51,852 bases of DNA from the NCBI GenBank assembly GCA_039922235.1, contig JBDSAJ010000990.1:1-51852 (forward strand). Direction: 5' to 3'. Positions 29,498-38,860 of this stretch are shown here, piece by piece. Both the position numbers and the translations under genes were made by a program. Source of the stretch: Umezawaea sp. (GTDB lineage Bacteria; Actinomycetota; Actinomycetes; Mycobacteriales; Pseudonocardiaceae). Positions within the stretch are counted from its first letter, which is position 1; each line of letters begins with the position of its first letter. The notes beneath the pieces are model-generated. The model saw nothing but the letters and a program-made list of their open reading frames with translations. It did no database searches and was not told where the DNA came from.

Positions 29498-30506
29498 CGG
29501 TCACCCCCTCCGTTGTGTTGGTGTGCACACCACAAATGGCAGCGCGGGTAAGCACCTCGACCAGCGCGCGGACGGCTGTTTCCCCTTGCAGCGGCACCAC
29601 TCCGTTGCCGCACAGCCCGAGGGCCTGGTTGACCGAGACACCCGGCACTGCGGAGACCCAACCGTCCGGCAACCCCATTGCCCACTCGGTGAACCGTGGC
29701 GACAACTTCGGTCGGCCGTGTGGCCCCTCGATCGCCGGTCGCGGAGCTGGACGCCCTAGGACTCGCTCCCACCGGTCGATAGCGGCGCTGTACTCACCCC
29801 AGTCGAGTCGGTGCCCGTCCTCGGTGCGAGGACGTAGCGAACGATCGCGTCCAAGCTCGCGCCCGACTGACGTCCGTTCCCCGGTCGTCCTCCGCGACGC
29901 CCATGACCGTTCGGCGACAACCCGGTATCCGGGGTCGGCAACAGCCTGTTCACGCTGCCCGTCAACGTGTCCGGACGCTCGGAAGTCGAGCCCAGAACCG
30001 CCCGTCGCGAATCCGACGCGCGTGGGGTCGACAGCAACGACAAAGACCCGGTCTCGTCGATGAGGTGCCCCGACGTCGGAAGCTCGCAGGCTTCCCCATG
30101 CGACGAGATACCCCAGCGTGGCCAGATCCGCGAGAACGTCGCCGAACCCCTTGGATCGGTGGCCGGGGACGTTCTCCAGGACCACGACGCCTGGTCGAAG
30201 TACGCGAATGCCCTCGGCGATGTGCGGCCAGAGGTGACGCGGGTCATCGGCCCCCTTTCGTTGTCCGGCAAGGGAAAACGGCTGGCAGGGATACCCCGCC
30301 GTGAGGACGTCGACCCGAGGGACGCTTGTCCAGTCGACCGCCCGGATGTCGCCGAGGTTGGGCAGGTGCGGCCAGTGGTGCGCGTGCACCTTGATCGCCG
30401 CGTCGTCGATCTCGGAGAACCACACGGTCCGGGTGCCGAACACCGCGTTGGCGGCGATGTCCAAACCCCCGTATCCCGAGCACAGAGAACCGCTCGTGAG
30501 GGTCAT
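29487..30506 (-). CDS. Phage DNA (cytosine-5) methyltransferase
   Basis: LCSGYGG, AGYPCQPFS, ENVPG, PHRRDRVF, LSPRFTEWAMGLPDGW, GNGVVP. Confidence 0.93.
   Translation of the reverse strand: MTLTSGSLCSGYGGLDIAANAVFGTRTVWFSEIDDAAIKVHAHHWPHLPNLGDIRAVDWTSVPRVDVLTAGYPCQPFSLAGQRKGADDPRHLWPHIAEGIRVLRPGVVVLENVPGHRSKGFGDVLADLATLGYLVAWGSLRASDVGAPHRRDRVFVVAVDPTRVGFATGGSGLDFRASGHVDGQREQAVADPGYRVVAERSWASRRTTGERTSVGRELGRDRSLRPRTEDGHRLDWGEYSAAIDRWERVLGRPAPRPAIEGPHGRPKLSPRFTEWAMGLPDGWVSAVPGVSVNQALGLCGNGVVPLQGETAVRALVEVLTRAAICGVHTNTTEGVTGAH
29756..30271 (-). CDS. Overlapping alternative-frame ORF inside the MTase gene (LLPTP-type repeats)
   Basis: 171-aa open frame with LLSTPRASD and LLPTPDTG units. Confidence 0.45.
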   Translation of the reverse strand: MPDNERGPMTRVTSGRTSPRAFAYFDQASWSWRTSPATDPRGSATFSRIWPRWGISSHGEACELPTSGHLIDETGSLSLLSTPRASDSRRAVLGSTSERPDTLTGSVNRLLPTPDTGLSPNGHGRRGGRPGNGRQSGASLDAIVRYVLAPRTGTDSTGVSTAPLSTGGSES

Positions 30507-30649
30507 GGGAGAAACCAGCCGACGACCGTGACCAGACCCGTGACCAGAAGAAACAACGCCGCGAGGTCGACCAGGGCGATGACCAGGAACCCGAACCAGC
30601 GCGGTCGCCCGCCGTTGTCGCCGAGATCGGGGGGTTCGATCGTGTCCAC
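30503..30649 (-). CDS. Small membrane protein (48 aa)
   Basis: Read manually: VDTIEPP...WFGFLVIALVDLAALFLLVTGLVTVVGWFLP; ATGA coupling to the MTase. Confidence 0.6.
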   Translation of the reverse strand: MDTIEPPDLGDNGGRPRWFGFLVIALVDLAALFLLVTGLVTVVGWFLP

Positions 30650-30736
30650 TGTCTGACACCCCTTTCGGTTGTGGGGCAACGCGAAAGCGCCCCCGCGCCA
30701 TCCACTCGGGACAGCGCGGGGGCACCTGGTTCGCGG

Positions 30737-31423
30737 TTAGGCCGCGCCCTTGATCACGATTTCCGGCCGCGTGTACGACACGTCGCGGCCCTTCTTGGTC
30801 GTGTACTCGACGAGGGTGAGGCGCAGTTCGGCGATAACCGGGCCGTCCGCGTCGGCGAGCTGCCGTTCGATCTCCGGGAGGTCGTTGACCAGCGACCAGG
30901 AACCGGACCCGAACACGAAGTAGCCGAGTTCGGGGTCATCCTTGAGACGGAAGCGCAGCGAGATGTCCGGCTTGGGACCGGTGCCGCTCTTGGCCTTGTC
31001 CTTGCGGTCCTGCAAACCGCGGGGGCACTCGCAGGGCTGGCCGATGCGGTCCTCCTCGGGGTGTCCCGCGATGAGGTACGCGCCGTCGCACACGTGCAGC
31101 GGCCCCTGAAGCCCGTACAGCGCCATCCGTGAGCGCAGCGCCTCGGCCGACTCGACGACCACGAGGACCGATTCGGCCTCGCTCATGACCTCGTAGCGGT
31201 CGCGGGCCTCCTCGTCCCCGGAGTCCACGGCCTCACCGCCGAACAACTCGGCGATACGGTCGGCGACGTCCGGGTCATCGGAGATCACGCGCCACTCGGA
31301 CAGCGCCATCGGGCGACGGCCGACCAGTTTGCCGCCCTTGAACTTCCCGACCACGTCGTCCATGAACGGGTTCCGGGCCTTGGGCTTCGCGTCGGGGTCG
31401 GTCTCGAAGATCCTGAGAGCCAC
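30737..31423 (-). CDS. phiC31 gp3-like recombination directionality factor
   Basis: ALSEWRV, LFGG, HVCDG, IGQPCECP, DDPELG.F.F..GSW and LVEYT match the gp3 family. Confidence 0.85.
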   Translation of the reverse strand: MALRIFETDPDAKPKARNPFMDDVVGKFKGGKLVGRRPMALSEWRVISDDPDVADRIAELFGGEAVDSGDEEARDRYEVMSEAESVLVVVESAEALRSRMALYGLQGPLHVCDGAYLIAGHPEEDRIGQPCECPRGLQDRKDKAKSGTGPKPDISLRFRLKDDPELGYFVFGSGSWSLVNDLPEIERQLADADGPVIAELRLTLVEYTTKKGRDVSYTRPEIVIKGAA

Positions 31424-31501
31424 ATGCTCCCCTTTCAGTCGTCGACAGAAGATTCAGTGCGAAAGGTTCCGCCCGTATCTCTGGTATGGGTGAAGGGCTG
31501 G

Positions 31502-31891
31502 TCAGGCACGCCGCCAGGTCGGCCGCGGGTAGGTGGCGGTGAACGCGTTGCGGACGTGCGCGGCGATGCGCTGCGCCTCGGCCTTGAGGGCCGCCTGTTC
31601 GGCCGCCCGCTCGGCGAGGTGGGCCTTGCGGTCGTCGGCGAGCTTGAGCAGCGCCTCGGCGACCTCGCGGGCCTGGTCCTCGTCGAGCGCGATCGGCCGA
31701 CCGTTGACCTTGAGCGAGGCCACGAGGTTGTCCTTGAGCGCGCCGACCGTGGCCGGGATGCGGTGCACGTCCAGGCGGGCCGCGCCGCTCGCGAAGGTGA
31801 CGGGGTACTCGCTGATCCGCGCGACGCTCGCACCGGTCGGCAGGTTCTTTGGTTCGGTCTCGGTGCGGTAGCTGACTTCCCACTTGGGCAT
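31502..31891 (-). CDS. Hypothetical phage protein
   Basis: 129-aa ORF after GAGGGGA RBS. Confidence 0.7.
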   Translation of the reverse strand: MPKWEVSYRTETEPKNLPTGASVARISEYPVTFASGAARLDVHRIPATVGALKDNLVASLKVNGRPIALDEDQAREVAEALLKLADDRKAHLAERAAEQAALKAEAQRIAAHVRNAFTATYPRPTWRRA

Positions 31892-31914
31892 GACTGTCCC
31901 CTCTCGTGAACTGC

Positions 31915-32715
31915 TCAGCGTTTGGCGGCGCGGCGCTCGGACCCGGTCGAGATCGTCGAGTCGTACACCGGGTCGCCGATGACGGTCTTGCTCTCCTCGG
32001 TGACCCAGTCGAAGACATCGCGCATGGTGAGGAAGCGCTCGAACACCGCCGCGTCAGCGCGGACGGGAACCAACTTCCCGCCCTCGGGCCGCACGTGGAA
32101 CACCGCGTGCGCGGCGATGGCGGGAATCTCGACGTCCTCGCCGGTCGCCGTGATGATCTTGTCGGCGTTGCGGTACGCGGAGAGCTGCAAGGCCACCGCG
32201 TCATGCACCCCGGAACGGGTCGTCTTGGTGTCACCGAGGACGATCTCTCCCTCGATCTCGGCAATCCAGTCGAACGAACCGGCGAACCGGTGAGTGTCAG
32301 ACCACACCGTGTCCTCGATGTGGAGGAACCGTGGTTGGTACCGGTCAAGGAACGCGTCGATGTGACGCAGGTAGTCGACCATCTCGGGATGCTGACGACC
32401 GACAGCCTGCCCGCGCGCCCGCTTCTCGAAAAGCGAGTGAACCTCGGTGCCCGTGTCGGCCGCCTCATGGACGAACCGCCGAGAGGCATTCTTGATGACG
32501 TCGATCGCGGCTTGCCGCTGGCCGTTGACAAGCAACTGCACAACCGCGCCGATGTTGTCCGACGCCCATTCTGCCGCGAGCTTGGACGCCCAGAACGTCA
32601 GGAACGGTTTCGGCAACATGTCAATGATGCTGGTGACGCCCGGATACTTGACTCGCGTTTCCGGGTGGACGTAGAAGCGGGAACCGCCGCGCTTGATCGT
32701 CGTAAGTCCGGCCAT
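31915..32715 (-). CDS. PD-(D/E)XK (Cas4/RecE-like) exonuclease
   Basis: PGVTSI, GTEVH, FAGSFD, GDTKT, LQLSAY. Confidence 0.88.
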   Translation of the reverse strand: MAGLTTIKRGGSRFYVHPETRVKYPGVTSIIDMLPKPFLTFWASKLAAEWASDNIGAVVQLLVNGQRQAAIDVIKNASRRFVHEAADTGTEVHSLFEKRARGQAVGRQHPEMVDYLRHIDAFLDRYQPRFLHIEDTVWSDTHRFAGSFDWIAEIEGEIVLGDTKTTRSGVHDAVALQLSAYRNADKIITATGEDVEIPAIAAHAVFHVRPEGGKLVPVRADAAVFERFLTMRDVFDWVTEESKTVIGDPVYDSTISTGSERRAAKR

Positions 32716-32895
32716 GGAACCTCCGGTGCCATTTGCGTTTCGCTTGACACCGAGGACACCCCCCGTAGAGGGGCCGTTAACAACCGGATGAGACCGGAGT
32801 CACAGAAGGAACCTTCTGTATGTATTTTGTGGTGTGCACACCATCCACATGGCGGCGACGTTCACATGAAGGGTCGCGCCTGGACACCTGCGGCT

Positions 32896-33597
32896 CTAGC
32901 CCGCCTGCTTACGCATCTTCTCGCGGGCGATCTCACAGGCCTGTTGCGCCGTCTGGCAGACGCGCCCAAGGTGGCCGATCAGCGCCTCGGTTTGCTCAGC
33001 GGAGAGTCCGGCAAGCTGTTCGACGCCTGCGCCCTCGGGGTCCGCGACCATGACGTCAAGACGATCTCGGACTACCTGCACGAGTTCGACAAGCCGTTCC
33101 GGAGTGACGGATTCGGTAGCCAATACTCGATGTTCGCGGATGTCTCGTGAACGTTTCTCGTTCGGGCCTTCCGGTTTCAATCCGTGCACGCGGCACAATT
33201 CGTGATATTTGGCGAGATCATCGCCCGCAAGTTTCATCAGGCGTTCACGGACGCCGTATTGCATGTGATAGCGAACAGCCTCGACAAGGTGCCGATGAGG
33301 GGAGGTACTACCAAGGCCCGCCTCGTCAAGAAGTCTCGTGAATGCTGTTCGGTAGTCCCAGCTCTTGCCCTTGTAGTCGGTGATTCCCTGCTTGTTCGCG
33401 AAGGTCTCACGCAGGTCGATAGCCGCCTCTGCGAACGCTCTGCGGTTCTCCGTAGTGTCGTGCGCGACGAGTTGGCGACCAGCGTCAACGACTGCTATCT
33501 GACGCTGTTCGCGTTTATTCTGATTTGCGTCTTGCGTTCGCGACACGACGTGCGCCCTTCCCGTAAACCCAGCAAGGCTCCGTGCGGAGACTAACAC
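32896..33597 (-). CDS. Probable immunity repressor
   Basis: DYKGKSWDYR...AVRYH...GL.P..P resembles Streptomyces phage repressors as recalled; lies between late and early genes; start uncertain. Confidence 0.55.
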   Translation of the reverse strand: MLVSARSLAGFTGRAHVVSRTQDANQNKREQRQIAVVDAGRQLVAHDTTENRRAFAEAAIDLRETFANKQGITDYKGKSWDYRTAFTRLLDEAGLGSTSPHRHLVEAVRYHMQYGVRERLMKLAGDDLAKYHELCRVHGLKPEGPNEKRSRDIREHRVLATESVTPERLVELVQVVRDRLDVMVADPEGAGVEQLAGLSAEQTEALIGHLGRVCQTAQQACEIAREKMRKQAG

Positions 33598-33625
33598 ACG
33601 GAGCCTTCTGCATCTCGGGCGGAAA

Positions 33626-34375
33626 TCAGGCGGCTTGGCTGCTCACCTCGGGGTGATAGAACTTCTCGCCGCACTCGCCGCACAGGATCGCGCGCTTGGC
33701 CAATCGACCAGGACTGACGGGGAAGGGCTCGGGTTCTTCGCATCCACACACGGCGTTCGGTCGCTTGTTCACCTTGCGACCGCCCGTACCGGTGCCTGCG
33801 CCGCCTTCGTCGCCTCCCCCGCTGCCGCCCTCGTCACCTCCCCCGGTACCGGTCACCGTGACGACCTCGGACAAGTACGCCTTGACCGCCGACTCAAGCG
33901 CGGTGATCGTGTCGGCGTACTTCTCCGCCGCCGCATCGGTGATGACCACGGCCGAGTATCCGTGCGTCTTGTGCGCCTCACCGCCCTCGGGCCACTCGTC
34001 GCCCAACTCTTTTGCCGCTGCGACGAACCGCAGGTTGTGACGGCCGTTCACGTTGGTGTCCTTGATGCCACGCACGTGACACAGACCGTGCGCCGCTTCG
34101 TGCAACAGGGTCTGCATGATGCGACGCCCGGACAGACCGAGAAGTTGACCGGCAACGAACAGTTCGGGCTTACGCGGAGCGTCGGCCGTGTCTTCCCCCT
34201 CGTCACCGAGGTCTACCCAGCGGTTGGCCCAGAAATGCGCCCAGCGGTCGCCGCCCTTCTGATGCCAGCCCGACCCGGTCACGACCACGACGTCCGGCAC
34301 CTCAGGGTTGACGGTGCGGATGTCGGCCCATGCCGCCTCGATGGCCTTGACGATCCTTGCGCCCGTGCCGGTCAT
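33626..34375 (-). CDS. SprT-like zinc metalloprotease
   Basis: TLLHEAAHG...HNLRF...ELG; C-terminal CGC...CGEC. Confidence 0.7.
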   Translation of the reverse strand: MTGTGARIVKAIEAAWADIRTVNPEVPDVVVVTGSGWHQKGGDRWAHFWANRWVDLGDEGEDTADAPRKPELFVAGQLLGLSGRRIMQTLLHEAAHGLCHVRGIKDTNVNGRHNLRFVAAAKELGDEWPEGGEAHKTHGYSAVVITDAAAEKYADTITALESAVKAYLSEVVTVTGTGGGDEGGSGGGDEGGAGTGTGGRKVNKRPNAVCGCEEPEPFPVSPGRLAKRAILCGECGEKFYHPEVSSQAA

Positions 34376-34387
34376 GTCGATCTCCCT

Positions 34388-34469
34388 TACAGATGGTTCC
34401 GCCTGCACCTCCCAATCTAGGTACAGATGGTTCCGCCTGCAATGGTGGTGCGCTGTGGTGCGCACCACA
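34388..34469. promoter_or_regulatory. Tandem motif-B pair plus a motif-A variant upstream of the protease-repressor genes
   Basis: TACAGATGGTTCCGCCTGCA at 34388-34407 and 34422-34441; TGTGGTGCGCACCACA at 34454-34469. Confidence 0.75.
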
Positions 34470-34522
34470 ACATGGCCGCCCCTTCCAGTCCACATAGGAC
34501 AGGCGAGGGGCGGCCCGTTCGA

Positions 34523-34756
34523 CTACTCGCGGTCGAGCGGTGGGAAACCGCGGTTCTCGCGGGCGACCGGGGTGACGCGCCGCTGAATGGCCGCGCCCGT
34601 CACGATGGCAATTGCCGCCGCGATCCAGTCGGCGATGTCGCCGACGTCGAAACCGGCAAGACCGGGGACGTACTTGACGGCGAGACCCGCGAGTGCACCG
34701 ATGAGAGCGAGCGAGAGAGCCGGATAGCGCTCGATCAGAGACTTGATCTTGTTCAC
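34523..34756 (-). CDS. Putative holin
   Basis: 77 aa, two hydrophobic segments, RRVTPV tail, last gene of the tail operon. Confidence 0.6.
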   Translation of the reverse strand: MNKIKSLIERYPALSLALIGALAGLAVKYVPGLAGFDVGDIADWIAAAIAIVTGAAIQRRVTPVARENRGFPPLDRE

Positions 34757-34822
34757 TATGTTGTCCTTTCCATGCCGCCGATGACGTTGCGACTCGGCGC
34801 ACAGGTTGCGGAAGTTCGTGTG

Positions 34823-35647
34823 TCAGTAGCCGAAATCGCGTGGGGGCATCGGCCAGATTCCGTCTTCGTCCGGCCACAGGGCCGCAGGTCCCTCGGCGGA
34901 AGATCGCGCGGTCGACGCCAGAGCCTCGGTTCTGATCGGGTATCCGGGGACGTCCGAACCGGTGATCAACGACCCCTCGATACTCGCCATCGGGAACGCT
35001 GCCAGGGGCGCGAGGAAGACGTATTCGGGCTCCCTGAACAGGACCGGATAACGCACCTCCGACTGTGTGACCCACGCCGCCAAGAACTCGGTCTGTGACG
35101 CGGTGAAGCCCTTGCCCAATGCGTCGGCCGAGAAGTCGGCGTTACGGGGGCGCGTGAAGCGGTTGCCGGTCACGTTGGCGTGGATCTCCACGTTTCCGCG
35201 TCGGAGGAGGGTTTGAGCCTCGATCTCGTCCCACTGGTCTACCGGCATCCCGTGCAGCCAAGCGATTTCGAACGTGTTGCTCCGATAGTTGCCGTCGGCG
35301 CTTCCGGTGATCGACCAACGGCGCGTCGAGCGGCTGGAAGTGCCCATGTTCGCGCGTAGGTAGACCTCGCAGGCTCCGCCGTTCCCGATGACGAACACGT
35401 GGAAGCGTGCGACCAGGACCGGGTATCTCGGGTTGACCAGGGCCGCCGAGTACGCCTCGGAGTCCTTCGCCGCGTACTGGCCGTTGCCGAGTGGCGTGGT
35501 GTACATCTCGCGGGCGTTTGACGCGTCGTTGGTGGACAGCGGTTGCCGGTAGGCAAGGCTCCTGTCGCCGCGTTCGAGCGCGTCGAGTCGCTCTCTGTCC
35601 TCGCGGAACTCGGCTGCGAGGGACGGCGGTAGGGACGGGTTAGGCAT
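34823..35647 (-). CDS. Minor tail protein
   Basis: Position; N-terminal ERLDALER coiled segment. Confidence 0.65.
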   Translation of the reverse strand: MPNPSLPPSLAAEFREDRERLDALERGDRSLAYRQPLSTNDASNAREMYTTPLGNGQYAAKDSEAYSAALVNPRYPVLVARFHVFVIGNGGACEVYLRANMGTSSRSTRRWSITGSADGNYRSNTFEIAWLHGMPVDQWDEIEAQTLLRRGNVEIHANVTGNRFTRPRNADFSADALGKGFTASQTEFLAAWVTQSEVRYPVLFREPEYVFLAPLAAFPMASIEGSLITGSDVPGYPIRTEALASTARSSAEGPAALWPDEDGIWPMPPRDFGY

Positions 35648-36719
35648 CCTCGAACACCTCCAAAGGGGCGACGGTTGCAGTGATGTTCTCCGCGCCGTTG
35701 GCGTCCACGGCCACGGCGAGATCGGTCACCATCCACTCGCCCGAGATCGGCATCAGCCCGTAGCCACCCGCCACGGCCACGATGTCGCCGACGCCCAGCG
35801 CAGAAACTCCGAGTGCGATGTCGGGGTAGATGTCGATGGTGGGGAGGAGAATCGGTGTGGCGCGAACGCGCGTGAGGAAGTCGGCTTTTGCTTGAAGCGT
35901 CGCGACTTCCTTGACATCCGGTGTGGACACCACGGATTCGAGTCGCGGGTACACGGTGGACGGGCGTGACGAGGTGGCCCACACCTGTTCGGGTCCGTCG
36001 CCTGCGCCGGTCGCGATGGCCCACGTGCGAACGCTGGTACCGCTGAGTCGTGCTCCGAGGATGGCGCAGTTCACCCCGTCTTCAAGAACGAGGTCACGCT
36101 TGCGGCCGGTCACCGGGTAGCGGATGCGGAACCACACGGCAAGTTCGTCCTCAAAGGACCCGGACCAGTCCGCCTCAAACGCGAAATCGAATCCGTTCGT
36201 CACGGCCGCAAGTTGCTCGACGGCCTCGCCGATGCTCTTGCGGTCGGTCTCTTTGTACATGCGGTCCCGGATGACTCCGGTCTTCTCGTTCCCATACTTG
36301 ACCATGCCGAGCCGAGAGCCTGGCCCGTAGGTTCCCGCGTGCCGTACGAGGTCGCGCGCGATGTCTGCTTGATCCCAACGGGTGTACTGCTTTGTGGTGT
36401 GCACACCACGCAACCGGAAGTAGGACAACCAACCTTCGCAGCGGAGTTTCATCGTGCCCGCTGCGTAGTCGGCCTCGGCGTCCCAGTACAGGCCCGACCA
36501 CACGAACTGTCCATTGCGTTCGATGTGTATTGCCGTTGCCGCTCCTGCGACGAGGCTTGTCCGAGTAACGCGGGACACCCCCGGCACGAGGTCGAGCGTG
36601 ATCGTGGCCGAGCCGGGGGTGTTGCGGGTGGTGGTGTAGTCGATTGACTCGGCGGGAAGCTCACCGTGGATGTAGCCGGTCAGCACGTCTTGAAACAACA
36701 CGCGGTAGGTGGTGGTCAA
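35640..36719 (-). CDS. Minor tail (hub) protein
   Basis: DVLTG...ELP...RNGQFVWSG...NGFDF...GDIV pattern. Confidence 0.8.
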   Translation of the reverse strand: MTTTYRVLFQDVLTGYIHGELPAESIDYTTTRNTPGSATITLDLVPGVSRVTRTSLVAGAATAIHIERNGQFVWSGLYWDAEADYAAGTMKLRCEGWLSYFRLRGVHTTKQYTRWDQADIARDLVRHAGTYGPGSRLGMVKYGNEKTGVIRDRMYKETDRKSIGEAVEQLAAVTNGFDFAFEADWSGSFEDELAVWFRIRYPVTGRKRDLVLEDGVNCAILGARLSGTSVRTWAIATGAGDGPEQVWATSSRPSTVYPRLESVVSTPDVKEVATLQAKADFLTRVRATPILLPTIDIYPDIALGVSALGVGDIVAVAGGYGLMPISGEWMVTDLAVAVDANGAENITATVAPLEVFEDA

Positions 36720-36728
36720 CGCACCTCC

Positions 36729-37937
36729 TTAGCGTCCCAGGTATTCGAGTACGACCGATGCCGTGTAGGTGGTGGAAGCCGTTCCGGTCGAGGGAAGCCA
36801 AAAGGCGATGATGTCCATCGGCTTGGCCGCTTGGGCGGCACTCACGTTCCCGGTCCACGTGATGTTCTGGTGCATCTGTCCGGCACCGGCAAAACCCGTG
36901 GCGCGAAACGCGGTATTGTTGATGTCGACCGGGAAAATCGCCCCGTCTGTCCACAAGAGACGTACGGTCGACCGGCCGCTTACGGTGCTGTCCGAGAACG
37001 CAACGATGCCGATGTGCCACCGGCCCGCGCGGTTGAGGGTGATCCGGTTCCCCGCAACAGTGGCAATGCCGTCGTCGTGACCGGCTGCCATACCGGATAT
37101 CGCGAGGGTTGTCGCAATGCTCGGGGGAACCGACGCCGTCGCCACCAACGCGTGATGCCCAGGGTCGATGTCGCCGATCGGCACCCACCCCCGCGACGTT
37201 CCGCCCCAGCACCACAAGACGACGAGAGGTCCCGTGGTTATCGCGAGTTGACCCTCCGCGATGGTGCGGGGAAACGCGGTGTCACGCCGAGCGGTCGTCG
37301 AGAATCGCGGAACGCCTGCCGGGTACCAAACCGAGCCTTCCCAAGCCCAGACGTTCCCGTTGATCCAGTCAACCCAAATCGTGCCTGCCCGGACATCGGT
37401 CGGCCGCACAGTACTGGTCAGCACTAGCCCGCCGATGTACCTCTGCCCGTTGGCCTCGTATCGGCTGATGAACGTGGGAAACGTGTGCTTCGCCTCGGCA
37501 GGGACGGTGACGTAACACAACTGGAGCGCACCGGCCACCGTAGGGGGACCTGGGTTCGCGGCCGGTTGTCCCGCGCGAAGCTCCAGGCACCACGTCGCAG
37601 CGTCCCCAGGGTTCGCGGGCGGGACGACGTAGGCAACCAGTACGTCTTGCCGGTCGAGCGTGGGGTGTGGAGGGTCAATCGTCAGAGTGACCGGTTCCGG
37701 ATTCTCGACGAGAAAACTTCCTTGGTAGCTGGAATTGGGAGACGGAAGCGCCGCCATCCCTGGACTCACGGTCACAGTGAGTCCGTTCGTGCCGCCAACG
37801 GAGATTTGAAAAACCTTGTCGCCAAAGAACCCAACAGTGCCGTCCAGCAGCGCCGAGAGGATGCGGCGGACAGGGTCCGCCTGATACTCGGTGTTGTTGA
37901 CGAAAACAGGGGGAAGTTCCATCGTACGAACGGCCAA
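36729..37937 (-). CDS. Minor tail/fibre protein
   Basis: LTVTVSPGMA, PHPTLDRQD, GTIWVD patterns; position. Confidence 0.75.
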   Translation of the reverse strand: MAVRTMELPPVFVNNTEYQADPVRRILSALLDGTVGFFGDKVFQISVGGTNGLTVTVSPGMAALPSPNSSYQGSFLVENPEPVTLTIDPPHPTLDRQDVLVAYVVPPANPGDAATWCLELRAGQPAANPGPPTVAGALQLCYVTVPAEAKHTFPTFISRYEANGQRYIGGLVLTSTVRPTDVRAGTIWVDWINGNVWAWEGSVWYPAGVPRFSTTARRDTAFPRTIAEGQLAITTGPLVVLWCWGGTSRGWVPIGDIDPGHHALVATASVPPSIATTLAISGMAAGHDDGIATVAGNRITLNRAGRWHIGIVAFSDSTVSGRSTVRLLWTDGAIFPVDINNTAFRATGFAGAGQMHQNITWTGNVSAAQAAKPMDIIAFWLPSTGTASTTYTASVVLEYLGR

Positions 37938-37956
37938 GTTGGCACCTCCAGGAAGA

Positions 37957-38856
37957 TCACACCCAGGCTGACCGCCACTGCGCGATCAGCTCAGGTTCGA
38001 AACCGGGGTCGGGAAGACGGGCACCGCGCAGGGCGATTTCGTTGACACCAGGTGGCGCGGTCAGCCAGGTTGTGCGACGGCCCGGAGTGAGGAACTGCGG
38101 GGTGGTCCCGTTGAGAAGCACCTCGCGCGTGTCGGTGTTGATCACAAGCCATTGATCGCGTAGCAGCACATAGGAAATGGCGATCAGTTCACCGGTCGTC
38201 AGGTTCACGATCTGTGGGTTCGCGATCGGCCCACGCACCTCGAACGTGAACGGTGTGGGGAAGTTGCCGAGGTTGTCGACGCGGATGAACTCGGTGGGCT
38301 TGGACGCTCCGAACCGGAGTGGGAACCGCGCTGGAAATCGGAGCCCGTTGCCGAAGTTGGACACCTTCGTTCGACCTGTGCTCAATGACGGGTCGGTGAT
38401 CATCGGGTTCGGGCAGTACAACTCGACCAGGACCGTCGCGTACCGGTGCGTGTACGCCCAGTCGATGACGGTCGAGCGCTTGCGGACCTTCCCCCACACC
38501 ACACGCGGCCCGCCTCCGGCCACACCGGGGAATCGGAACGTGAACGGTGCGAGGTCCCGTGTGGGGGCGAACGCGGTGACCACGGCGGACATCGCGGCAT
38601 CGAACTCGGTGGCCGAGTCGCCGTTGACCTCGATGGTGAGGGTCACCGTTCGCGCGCCGAGCCAGTCTTGTCCGGACACCTCGCCGTGCCGGTTGAGCGT
38701 GGCGCGGTCGGAGGTACGGACCGGGGGCGCGTCGAGCAGTCCGGCAATCTCGGTGAACGTGAGAGCGGACTCCGGGGTCCCGATCACGAGACCCCGGTAT
38801 TCCGCCGTCCACTCGTGCAGTGCGATTCCGGGGGCGTCGTCGATACCAACGGCCAT
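37957..38856 (-). CDS. Distal tail protein
   Basis: Follows the tape measure; LRFPARFPLRF, NLGN.PTP...GPIANP, WRSAW. Confidence 0.85.
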   Translation of the reverse strand: MAVGIDDAPGIALHEWTAEYRGLVIGTPESALTFTEIAGLLDAPPVRTSDRATLNRHGEVSGQDWLGARTVTLTIEVNGDSATEFDAAMSAVVTAFAPTRDLAPFTFRFPGVAGGGPRVVWGKVRKRSTVIDWAYTHRYATVLVELYCPNPMITDPSLSTGRTKVSNFGNGLRFPARFPLRFGASKPTEFIRVDNLGNFPTPFTFEVRGPIANPQIVNLTTGELIAISYVLLRDQWLVINTDTREVLLNGTTPQFLTPGRRTTWLTAPPGVNEIALRGARLPDPGFEPELIAQWRSAWV

Positions 38857-38860
38857 TCGG

